A stretch of DNA of 59,399 nt, filler included, from Sphacelaria rigidula (Eukaryota), in assembly GCA_964200075.2 (NCBI GenBank). It is 6 parts of 6 records of this genome, joined end to end, with 100 filler letters (N's around TTAATTAATTAA, not from the genome) between each part and the next. Parts side by side here need not be neighbours in the genome. Positions count along the whole stretch, not along the records: positions 9,919 to 19,736 come from CAXNAA020007698.1; positions 19,837 to 29,653 come from CAXNAA020007699.1; 4 more parts are not named here. One strand, given 5' to 3'. Shown one piece after another: positions 12,522 to 24,194 of the stretch (positions are counted from its first letter, which is position 1; every line of letters begins with the position of its first letter). Below the pieces are notes generated by a model. That model had not been told where the DNA came from and did not search any database. It worked only from the letters and a program-made list of their open reading frames with translations. Both the position numbers and the translations under genes were made by a program.

Positions 12522-13260
12522 AACTGAACATGATGCGTATTCAATCTCTTAGTAAATATAATGCCGAATACGCAAATGAAGAGCGGTCAAGACACATGAT
12601 ACCTCCGAGTGTCGGAGGGTCCGTTGAAACTGAGGAATTAGAAACACATGAAAAGAAATGCATCGCATCGCCATAGCACCATGCAGAACTCTACGTGGAG
12701 AGTGGATGCACTCGAAGCCTAAGCAGAAATAGAACGCGTTCTAATTACAGCGAATGCGAGCGAAATGTCTACTGAAAGGTATCCGCGAGAACGTCGTCTA
12801 AGATCAAGTAAAGACAAAATGCGGGCTTCAGAGCGCTTGACAGCAGTATGACACCTGTGTGCAAGGAAGGAATTTGAAGGGAAACATGAGGGATGGCGTT
12901 GGACTGAACATGATGCCCAGCCAATCTCCGAGTGAAAACCATGCCCATCCCACAAGTGATGAGCAGTCGAGACAGAGTAAACCAACGAGTGTCGGAGGGT
13001 CCGTTGAGACGTTTGGAAACGAAACATATTCTAAAAAATGCATCGCAACGCCAACACGCCACGCAGAACTCACCACGGGAAGCAAACGCATTCCAACCTC
13101 AAGTGGAAGCAAAACACCCTGAAGCCCAGCGGAATGCCGTCAAAATGTCTACCGCGAGGTATCAACGAAAAACACTCGGTCTAAAATCAAGTAAAGACGA
13201 AATGCTGGCTTCTGGCGCTTGACAGTGATATGACATCTGCCTGCATGGAATAGATTTGCG
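12522..13260 (+). repeat. Two diverged tandem copies of a ~380-bp unit
   Basis: actgaacatgatgc (12523/12903), cgagtgtcggagggtccgttga (12605/12986), atcaagtaaagac and gcgcttgacag recur at ~380-bp spacing. Confidence 0.8.
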
Positions 13261-15040
13261 GCGAATGATTATTTCTACTATTGCTACAAGAGTTTTGGCG
13301 CTTAGCGCCACCGCTCAAATCGAGCGCTTCCAAGGCAAAGGATATAATGGAGTGTTTGGCACTGAAGATATAATGTGCAGATAATTTAAGTTTTTAGAGA
13401 AAAAATGGAATCCTAGAAAGAGGATGTGTGTAGATTGGTGATTGCACAGCGGGCGTAGAACTGCCCGTGAAGCGAAATGAGACAACGTGCTCGCCAAATA
13501 ATTAACCCCATCTAGTTAAAAAAGTTACCTGCCAGCAGGGCTCCGCGCCCGCGGGCTGCGCAACTTGATTCAAATAGAGGGCTCTTATCTGCTTTGGAGC
13601 CATGGCCTGCATAATGCCTCGGAATTAAAATAAAAAGTCAAGTACATTGATCTGCGCAGCCAATCAGATCGCGCAGAGGAGGGGGGTATGGCACAAAGAT
13701 ATCGCGGTGTGGTTGAATTGGTGGTGCAGCCGTGTGAGCTGAAGGGGCGGGTGGGTAGCGATTTTGCTCTGTTTCGATACATGCATCACTAACGCATCCA
13801 CTGCAGGCAACATATCGGCAACGCACCGAACAATAGAGTAAGCTACTGTACGGATAGTCCCCGATTACCCCTCGTACGGCCTTCTTAGACGGTGTGTGTA
13901 TCGGCACCGGCAGTTGTACTGTTGGGGTCAAGTGCGGTCGCCGGCTTCTGGCAATCATCGCTGTTATTGAAAAAATATTGATGGATGTTTACAGTAGATA
14001 GTTACCGGTCGACGGCGCCGGTTCGAAGGGAGAAACAGATGTTGTCTGTAGCTTGGACCGCCATACATGCGCGGGCAATATCAGCTTGTTCACTTTACGA
14101 GGTTGTTGCTTGGCATGGCAGCGAGGGACGAGCTTGCATAAAACCGCTTGCTGTTGTGCAACGAACAATCTCTCCAAAAAGGCCTGTTTTGATGATTCCA
14201 TACCAAGTTTCGTCGGCATACGTGGTTTGGCGAATTGTGCCAATTCATCAAGAATTGTTACTGTACTCTCTGCGAGCATTGTAGCCCACGTTTTCAAACT
14301 TCCGTGAGCCCCGTTTGACTCTTGACCGGACGCGTTTTGTCGAATAGTCCACAAAAACGGTTTCTCAAGTGACTCAAAAAAGTTCCCTGGGAGAGACCTC
14401 GACTGTTTTTGGGGCTGTGTACTGTTGTTTTAGAAAACATTCACCCGGCAAATAATCAAAGTGGGCGTACGAAAAGGTTGGAAAGGGCGCTGGAACCCTC
14501 TCGCAAAAGTACAGGAAGACCTTTCGAGGTGCCACAATCCGCGAAGCCTCGAACTACTACTACTGTACTCCGGACAAAATTGGCGCTGAATACCCAAATA
14601 AAACATCTACCAGTACTACATACGATAGTTTTGGAGAAATTGTGTCCCCCGGTGAAATTCCGTTTGAGTTTGCGCGCAACGATTTTGTGACCGTTGTCAC
14701 TGCACATCAACCGTGCCGATACAGATAGTAGTTCTTGTATTACGAGTGTTTTTTCAGTGCCAAAATACGATGCACATCCGGCGATAGCACCCACCACCGG
14801 AACAACAGCACCCACCACCTACATAAACGGTGAAAAACATCTGAGACAGAAGCAAACAGCACCACCAAGTATAAATTCGGCAAGGCATTCGCTCCATCTT
14901 GAGAGAAAAATTCACGCCAGAGCTTGTCACAACGAGTAACGGTAGATCAAGTTACTATACCTGTTGCCCATATTACGCTTGACCGCGAGCATAGGTGGTC
15001 ATGTGTTGAACCAGCACCAATTTTACTTGAAAAATGACTG

Positions 15041-15408
15041 CATAGAAAAACATGTTCGCGAGATTTGGAACGAGTTTTTTCGGAAAGGAAGTATTTCGGT
15101 GATTGACACCAAGATGGTCTAATCGTCCGAAACGGCCGTCACCCCCCTAACAGCCCGTGATCTGACGGGAATTATGGTGCAAAAAGAGTTGAAATATACT
15201 TGGCCAGTACAGTTACAAAAGCACATTGTAGCCGTATCTCATGGAAGGTGTCACCGCTTTTTAATACGATTGCGCTGAATTCCCATTAGATCACGGGCTG
15301 GGTGACGTCGGCCGTTTCGGGCGATTAGACCGCCCTGGTGTTTATGACAAAAAAACTCCCGTTCCGAGAACAAAAGCCGTTCCTAATCTCACGAACATGT
15401 TGCTATAG
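15041..15408. repeat. Foldback element, ~130-bp inverted arms around a ~105-bp spacer
   Basis: ggtctaatcgtccgaaacggccg...cagcccgtgatct versus agatcacgggctg...cggccgtttcgggcgattagacc. Confidence 0.8.
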
Positions 15409-15849
15409 CCAGATGACCTACCCGGGCGGTCGAAGGGCTAAGCGATTCCGTTCATGCCATGGTTTGTGGCTGAACTCTTCGTACATGGAAAGGTATGCCT
15501 CATATGTTCGGCACCAAATGAAGATTTTGTCGCCCGTGTGACCCAGGGAACGACTGATGGTTTACATAATGTAATTCTAAGGGAAGGGTTTCATTATTTA
15601 CCAGTTGGATGTTTGAACATGGTACGTCACTGCACTGTTTGCACCTGCGTATCTACTGTAGTACTGTACGGCTTTTACTTCATCTCACTGTGTACTGTCC
15701 CCCAGAGCGCGATGACCACGTGTTGCTTGGTGCACTCAGATATAGATGTGTGAAGCATTGTGCTGGTGCGTGTGTCGTGTTAATAGCGGTATCTCAAACT
15801 CGGCTCCCGGTATCGTGGATTATTTACTGGCTCTGAGTTTTGTACTATT

Positions 15850-16800
15850 TTTTCAAGTGGAAATGATCGTGATTCATATGAGGACCTGACCTGGCGGTGA
15901 AAGGGTCTCATTATCTGATGAATCGCCATCACTTTCACTTGAAAAAATAGGACGAAACAAACCAAGATACCGGCAGCCGTGGTTGAGATACCTCTAGTAC
16001 TCCGGATCTGTTGAATCGTCAATGGTCCAGATGGCCTACCCTGGCAGTCGCGGGGACAAACCCTAACCCTTAGACCGCGAGGGGAAGCCATCTATTGAAT
16101 CGGCATCATTTGCACCAAAACAATTTCATGAGAGGCGTCGATTCAACAGATCGCCTGCGGTCGCAGTCAGAGGATTCACCGTTTGACTGAGAGGGTAGGT
16201 CATCTGGATTATACATACTTTTTCAGGTGAAATTGGTACCGATTCAGCAGATGACATACTCTCGCCGTCAAAGGGTTAACCGTTTCACAGCGATGGTAGT
16301 TCATCCTGGGTCGTATACGGTCGTATACAGTGGCACAGCAGATAAGCGATTGCAATATTGTGGAGAACAAATCGTTGTCAACGTGCCCGGCGCCGCGCAG
16401 TTCTGCCTACCACGGCTCTCCAACGACGGAAGCCGAGAACCCTTCGACGGGAAAGATAGTCTACATATTTAATCAACATAATTGACACCTGCAAAATAAG
16501 ATGCGCGGTGCCGATTCGACACATTACGTACGATTGCGGTCAAAGGGTTAACCGTTTGACTGCGAGGGTAGTTTATCTGGATTCATACATACTTTTTTTC
16601 GGATGAAATTGTCACCGATTCAACAGATGACGTACTCTCGCCGTCAAAGGGTTGACCGTTTCACAGCGACAGTAGCTCATCCTGGGCCAATACAGCCATA
16701 CACAGCGGCACAGCAGATAGACGACTGAAATGATGTGCAAAACAGATCGTTGTCAACGTGCGCAGCGTCGCGCACTTCGGCCGACCACGGCTATTCGACT
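15850..16800. repeat. Modular repeat: ~100-bp subunit in direct and inverted copies inside a ~370-bp duplication
   Basis: cgattcaacagat...aagggttaaccgttt recurs near 16139, 16240, 16511, 16616; inverted atctgttgaatcg near 16006 and 16090. Confidence 0.7.
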
Positions 16801-17444
16801 ACGGAAAACCCGAGAAACGGAAAATTCTAACAGTTTGGCCTGCCCAATCGGTAGAGAGAAGGACCGGTACATGCCGTCAACGACGGTAGTTCCTTTGAGA
16901 CCCTTAGGGCTGAAAAGGCTTCTACTGATCCTAAATTTATAAAATGTCTTCTCCGTGCGGACATCATTACGAAGCTCCGAACCACGCACTTATTTTCCTG
17001 AATTGACTCGCAGCCGCGCTGCGCGAAAAGACCACCCCAACGCTCTTCTAACAGCAATCGACACGCCCTCATCAAGTTTCTGCTTCATTGGTGCTCATGG
17101 CGTCGTGTTACGCTTCTGTCTCTGGGCGCACTCGAGAACACCCCCAATTCGATCCCTTTTGAGCAGAGCGAATCTTGGTTGAACTTCTCAGACTTGACTG
17201 TCCCCATTTCAATCGAGGCACTTTTGGACGTTGGAGGCATCACACGCAGCAACCGGCTCTCCGAATCACTTTAAACATCCTCAAGAAGGATCAGCTTCAT
17301 TGCTGCTTTCTTCGTTGTCTTCGGTTGTGCGTGCTGACGTCGTCCGTGGCTGAAGTGGAGGGGGTGTTCAAGTACGTGATCGACTTCCCGTTTTCATTGC
17401 CAGCTGGGCTAGCCTAAAAGCGGATTTGCAGTTTGCAGTCGAAT

Positions 17445-17705
17445 TCCCAATTTTGTACGTAGAGTTGGACAGTGAAATTTGGTGTGAACAATCAACAGAG
17501 CATGAAAAAGAAGCCGTGTGCGGGATCCAATTGTTTTTTTGTTGATTTAACGGCATTTTAATTGCACCTTGAAACTGATAATTGCCCTCAACTCATGGGA
17601 AAATAAAACTTTGGAACCCCATACACAGCTTTTTACCATACCCTGTTGATTGCCCATACCAAATTTCACTGTCCAACTGGAAGTATAAAATTGAGAATTC
17701 GCCTT
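17445..17705. repeat. Foldback MITE-like element
   Basis: agttggacagtgaaatttggt versus accaaatttcactgtccaact; caatcaacag versus ctgttgattg. Confidence 0.78.
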
Positions 17706-19677
17706 TTAAGATCGGGCCGGCGAAAAATGGAAGAGTATTTTTTGCAGGCCGTTTTCCGGCCCACGTTTGGTGTTTGTGTTTTGAAACTTTGTGCGGCACC
17801 TCGCTAGGTCATGGTGAATCAAGAGAATGGATCGGGTTGATTTTGATTGTTTCCTGCTGGTTTAGGGCGTTTTAGTATGGTCACGACTATTTTTTTACGA
17901 GAACGCTCGAACTTCCCCCCCCCCCCCTCAAAAAAAATGAAGGCCCATTTTTTCGCATTCAGCATACCTCTGTCGTTCTCCATGCTATATTTCAAGGCAA
18001 AATTTTGAAAATTGAGCTAAAACCTTGAGACAGGGCCCAAGGGCAATGTCCATTTCTCCTCAAAACTCCCCTAAAAATACGAAAACAAAATTGAAAAAAG
18101 CAAGAAGCTGTTTTTTGTTTTCCATAGTGCACTAGCGGTTCTCCGTACCAAATTTCATAGCACAACTCTCAAAAACTGAGACGCGATATCCAGATTCAGC
18201 GCATTTTGTGCCTCTGCTCGTATTATATCGATTTGAGTATGGAACCTTATGTGCGCCATATCTCGAGATAGATTGCGAATTGGGTGAAGATCAGGGTATC
18301 TATCGTCTTCCCGTGCTGCAGGGAAGGTCCACACCAAAAATCATCATCATCCGCTGAATGCATCGTTCGGGGTTTCATATGGATGTTAATGTGGACGCTA
18401 TTTCCGTACGGCATAGGAGTTACTAGACATGGGGTTTAATCAACCAGAAAAAATTACCCAGATTTTTGAGCAGATCAGCACCCTCCCTCGATTACACGAT
18501 CAATACGATATGTTGTTCATGGCCCAAGTCGTCTACGTCGATGGGATATTGCTTTGAGAGCTTAAATCCTGTTTTAGGCTGGCCTAGCTCATAAGTTGTG
18601 AAGCTTTGCGTAGGGATAGAGGAGGGAGCAACCACGAACCGTGATTGACTTCCCGATTCATTAACTCGTGAAGCTGTGCATACGGATAGAGGAGAGAGCA
18701 ACCACGAACCGGCCAGGAAATCGATGCCAACATATATTGAGGTGGGTCCTCCCGTTAGACGGTGTAGAACTACAGACATTGCCAACAACACTGCTGCCGA
18801 ATGCGAGCTTTTTCGTGTGCAGAGTATGTGTACTTGTATCGATGTATTTTCTGTAGTGAATTTGCCAAGTACAAGAACCTACTGTGTTCGCGACGGAGTT
18901 TGACAAGCGGATACGAAGTGTTGACGCGTTACCCTGGTGTGATGGTAATATGTTATGCTGCACTGCGCTACTATCTGTGTGTATCATAACAGACGGTACT
19001 ATACTATCCTACCCTCTGCTGTCGCTGTACTTGAAGGGCGATGAAGGGCACTGCACTCGTGAACTCTTGTCGCACACTGCGCACTATTCTCGCAATACCG
19101 ACGGTATCGTCATGTATTACCACACGGCATTACCGCGTACTGTGATTGTGGAGTGTACTCCACTGCATTATACCCTAGGGTACCACGGTACGACGCTGCT
19201 CTTGAAAAATGAGTCACTGGCTTTCTGTTCTTCGGCTTCATTGTGACACCACATCCCTACAGAAAATGATCCTCTGTGTACAGAAAAATTTCGACAAATG
19301 TGTGAAACCATGACACATACAGGCGTACACACGAATCTGAGTTTCGCGAATTTGAGTCCCCCAGATTTGGCACAGATTGGGGTCACGCCAGATTCGGAAG
19401 TGTCTGCCATACAAGTTGGTCTTACGCCTCAGATTTAGAAAAAGTGGGCTGCCGAATAAAAAAACGACGCGGGATCGGTCATAATGAAAGGCGTGGGTGG
19501 ATTCTTATTTCCCCCTAAATGAGGGAAAATACGTTTTTCGCACAGAAAAAGGCTCACACAGTTTTTTTTTTTTTAATTTCTTTTGAGCACTCCACCTTCC
19601 GTTTGCGGTGCCTACCTTTCTACTCACCGAGAGGAGGATTCATTGGTCCCTCCCCTCGTTGACCTTCTCCCCACACC

Positions 19678-19736
19678 TCTAGACTCTTGGGTTGGCGTCG
19701 AGTGGCAACGGCGCTGTAAAACAAGCCACCAAAACC
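19678..19736 (+). mobile_element. 5' head of another LINE copy, cut by the scaffold end
   Basis: ctagactcttgggttggcgtcgagtggcaacggcgctgtaaaacaagccacc is nearly identical to 31414-31465; preceded by a C-rich tract. Confidence 0.7.
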
Positions 19737-19836
19737 NNNNNNNNNNNNNNNNNNNNNNNNNNNNNNNNNNNNNNNNNNNNTTAATTAATTAANNNNNNNN
19801 NNNNNNNNNNNNNNNNNNNNNNNNNNNNNNNNNNNN

Positions 19837-22055
19837 AATTTGCTACTAGAGTAGAAACTCACACAATGCAAGCAGCCAGGCTGTGCATATTTCCAACAGA
19901 CAACGTCCAGAACGTCGAGGACATCCGGGAGTGGCACATGGCCAACAAGATCCTGTTCCACTTCCTGTTCTTGAGTACGGCAGGACCGGCAGCAAGCTTT
20001 CTCCTAAAGTACAAACCGAGACCAGGCATTCTGCCAAACGGCATCGCCGCTTGGAATGGTCTGGTGGGAACATACAAGAACCCTTCACGCCAGCGGTGTC
20101 GAATTATGGCAAAAAGGCTGTCTAACATGAGAATGCAGCAAGGTCAAGACCCGGAGTCTTCTGCAACGCGCTGTTTTCGTTGCGAGATGAAATGGCGGAG
20201 ATGGCTCGAGTGATTACGGGCGACGAGATACTGAACATCATCCTGGATGAGCTGACGGACGAGTGCGCCCAGAGTCAAGTGCTTGTGGAATCGCAAGACA
20301 ATTTCAATCTTGAAGACGCCATGTTCACCATGATGAGGAACATGCTCGCAAACTGTGTCGTAGAAAACGGGCGTTCGCGTGCAGCGAAGGGTCGCACCTG
20401 GGTGATGGCCGCCACAACGGCAAAATACTGCAACTACTGCAAAAAGCCTGGTCATGACATCAATAACTGCTTTAAGCGAAACAACAAGAAGAGCACAAGA
20501 AACAACGGAGGGGGCTGAAGTAACTGGTGGTGCTTCTTGCACAAAACCGGTCTTCACGACATTTCGACCTGCAAGGCGCAACAACACTGGGGCAACGATC
20601 CTGACGATCAGCGGCAACGAGGGCAGCGCGGCCGAGGACCACGTCACAACAGACGACCACGGCAGCAAGGACAATCCCGCTCCAGCGATAGCGGACAAGG
20701 GCGCTTCAGCAACAGCGGACAAGGCCGCTTCAACAACAACAGTGGACACAAGCCGAGCTCAACAATGCAACTGGCGCGCCGGCGACTTCAGCATTACCTG
20801 CTACAGCGACGTCTCCTACGCATCTGGACCATCAAGCAAATCCATCACCAGATCAATGGTTTTTCTGAGTAGAGGGCTCATTCACTTCGACGGTCAAGTT
20901 CAGTGCATAACCGCGCAATCGGCATCGGAGGCGGAGCTCATCGCAATGAACAGCATCGCCAAGCCCGGGCTCTACTTCTCTTCTATGCTGGGGGAGCTAG
21001 GATGGTCACGGCAATGCACCTTCACCCTGTATGCGGACAACCGGAGCTCCCTGACCCTAGCTTCGGAGGCGAACTTTAGCCAGAGGTCGCGGCACATCGC
21101 CGTCCGCTTCGCCGCACTCCGCGAATGGATCCGTCAAGGCATCATCAAGCTAAACTTCATTCCAGGCCGCCACATGTTGGCCGACCTTTGCACCAAGTAC
21201 TGCGTCCACGAGGTACAAGACAGCCTCATGCGGCAAATCCTCCAGGTCAAGTAAAGACGCCAAAACTCAAGGATCAGGCTCCCCACCATCGCCATGGGAA
21301 AGTCCGGGCGGAATCTTCTGTACATCTCGTCCGGAGTAGCAACCTCAGAAGATTTGTGCATACTTTCTGCATTTCCTGAGTAGCTCAATATCTAGGCTAA
21401 CATTGTTGACTTCTTGTAGACAGCATTCTTGCGTTCTTTTCATTTTCTGCATCTGCCGTACATGCTACAGAAGGAAGCGTGAGAGATCTTTGTTCGATCT
21501 CTGTTGGTCGCAAGTGGGAGTAAAATCTTTTGCGTAAGTGTTTTTTGCATCACGATATTCCTCATTGGGGTTACTTTCCCTTGAGATGACTTTCCATTGA
21601 AGGGGGGTGTTGGAATATTAAATGTCAGTCATTGGTAACGACTATCTATCGTGGGTCATCGTAAACAAGTAAGAAATCATTTGAGTTCCAGGAATAGTCT
21701 GCGGTATATTCTGCGGTACATTATGCTTCCAGAACAAGTTGTCGGGGGATTCATCGGGAGTTATTGGTTGTAATACCCCCCGAGTGTTTTAGACGTGTGG
21801 AAGTTCTGGAAGTTCATTAGCTGATCGGTAGGCTCGCACACTTGGTGCTCGCCCACCTGATCATTCCTTCTCTACTACTTTTCTTCTCATACTCTTCTCT
21901 TTCATGAGTTAGAGTCTTCGGCCACATAAGCGCCAAGTTCAACATCTCTATTCTCAAGCCAAGTGACTTGACCGTCACTCTCTGCACCTCTGCATAAACT
22001 GCAGAAGACAGTTGCCACATCGGCATACCATCAAGAGTGAAGCCATATTCTTTCA
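19837..22055 (+). mobile_element. Copia element B, 3' part: frameshifted gag, RNase H, PPT and 3' LTR; PR/IN/RT absent
   Basis: gag homologous to element A gag (LFHFLFLSTAGPAAS...GQDPE; CNYCKKPGHDINNC); copia RNase H (YSD..., SEAELIAM, ADNRSS, RSRHI, LADLCTK) ending at 21254; PPT GAAGGGGGG at 21599-21607. Confidence 0.9.
21608..22055 (+). repeat. 3' LTR of copia B
   Basis: TGTTGG...TTTCA, follows the PPT; ~95% similar by eye to 29143-29593. Confidence 0.92.
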
Positions 22056-22056
22056 C

Positions 22057-22592
22057 TGAAGACCTAGGTGGTCACGAATCAAAGGCACCTGTTGGCTTAT
22101 GTGGTCGCGAAGCGAGACTGATAACCTGTTGGAAATTGTTCGCTGGCACGGCACTGTCTCAATGGACAGTTAAGCGGAGGCTTGTACTGTAGCGATAAAG
22201 CTACTTGCGAGGAGCAGTCAAGTGAAAACCAAGATGGTGTAGTTCGGCTCGTTTGGCCTAAAATATCAAACAGCCTCTTTTGCAAGAGAGAGCTGTTGAA
22301 GCAAAAACTGGGTTGCTGGGGGGAGTGAGAAGCGGTGGCAAGCGAGAGCGAGCCTCGACACTTTCCACTCCCTGGAGAAAAGCCAATGCTGTACGCAAAC
22401 CAAAAGATCTCATGACGTACCCTAATGTTCCAATGAAAACGGTACAGTGAAACGACACATACGTCGTTTACAGTTTCACCTGAACCGTACCAAACAACAT
22501 TCAAGTCGTGCCGCTTATACAGTACAGTATCTTGCAGCGGCGATTTCAATCACACACAACGAACTTAGACTGCCCCGTCTAAATTTGTAACA
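22057..22592 (-). repeat. LTR of copia A
   Basis: TGTTACAAA... directly after the PPT; ends ...GTCTTCA, matching the TTCA remnant before the PBS at 29142-29139. Confidence 0.8.
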
Positions 22593-24194
22593 CCTCCCCG
22601 TGAGTGAGATGTCGCTATCAAAGAAAGATAGTGCACCTGACATGTTATGTGTCGCAAGCGAATATAATCAGTCGAATTATGTAGTACTGACAGTACACAA
22701 AGTCAATCGTCGAGATACACACTCGTACTTTGTACAACTCATGTGTCTGTACTGTATCGAAAAATGACTTCATCAACACCAATTGAGAAAAGAAACTAGT
22801 CACTGTTACAATCTCCGCTCACATGCCCATGTATTTGCATGTGCGTCAGACTTCCGCGAGCTACAAAAGAAATGAGCAAACAAAAACAATTGTGCGGTAA
22901 CATCAAACCGCGAAAGTTTTCATCATGTGACGATGTAGCAATCAACGATAACTTACAGATGCCAAATATGTCTCCCGACTCTTTCCCCCCCCCCGAAATA
23001 AAACACCCTTCCCAAAAGGGAGAAAAAACGGGCAAAGTAGGCAAGGACGGAAAGAACATCTAGAGGTCGTTGCACGCATTGTTCCTACATCGTGTTTTCT
23101 GGACATTGTATCATAAATGCAGGAATCTGCAATTTGTGGTTTTAGCGTGCTCCTCTGGACCTTGGAAAAATGTACTCGAATAACACAGACGATCAAGACA
23201 AATTCACCTACCGCAGGTAAGTTTTCCGCGCGTTCTATATAATGTACGAGTATACTGGTATCTTAAACCTACTTGGGTTCTTTCACTCGATCACATTTTT
23301 TAAGAGGAAAATGAAATCAAGTTCTTCAAACTCCAGTGACCGCATTTGGGTCTCTATAGTAGATTGTTGGTCGATTCGGACGAGAAATCAACCGGATCTC
23401 ATAAAATCTGTTAATCAGAGCGTCGTATATCCTCCTCAACAGAAGGAGATCGAATTCCAACGGGCATTCTATGTGCCATGCTTAGGCTAATAAATTAAAA
23501 ATCCTAACATCACTAAAACAAGCAAGTTATTGTGTAGATACAGCTGTGGTAGGCTCATAAAAAGATTAAGAATACTGGGGTACTCTCGAACATCGGTGAA
23601 CCCGTACATCCTGAGCGTGTCCACCATACGTGCACGATCCTTGGTTTGCTGTCCTGGGATAAGATGTCCAGAACGATAGAAGCTCGGGCTCCCCAGTCGA
23701 TGTAGATCGTCGCGCGTCCTTGGACACGTAGTGGCTGATTACTCAGGTGGGCCCGTGCATTGGGCGTCACCCCGTGTTGTGACCTCTGGCGGTGCGTAGT
23801 GCGGTGTATGCGACCATTGGTTGCTGAGTTTTGTGCGACGTGTTCGCGCGTATTCCTGGTTCCGTTGTTGTGGGTGTGGTTGTGGTAGCTCATAATGGTG
23901 GTGAGTGGTGAAGGTAGAGGATGCTGAAGGTTGGATTTTGGAAAATATTGGGGTTGAGAAATGGATTGGTGTGGTGCCCTCGGGATGGTCGAGATGTCGC
24001 TTGGGTGATGACACTCGAAAAAGTTAGGTAGTCGAAGTTGAGCGTTGAAGATGATGATAGTAGTTGAGCGTTGGCAATGATGATCGAGGTCTTAGCGTGG
24101 ACAATGATGATCGAGTTTGAGCGTCGACGAAGATGATCGAAGTTAAGCGTTTGCGATAATGCTGAAGATAAATATCCTGCCCGATTAATATCCA

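Noticed and set aside
21817-22056. Duplicated ORF MKEYGFTLDG... (also 29355..29636)
   Set aside because: Antisense reading of the B LTR
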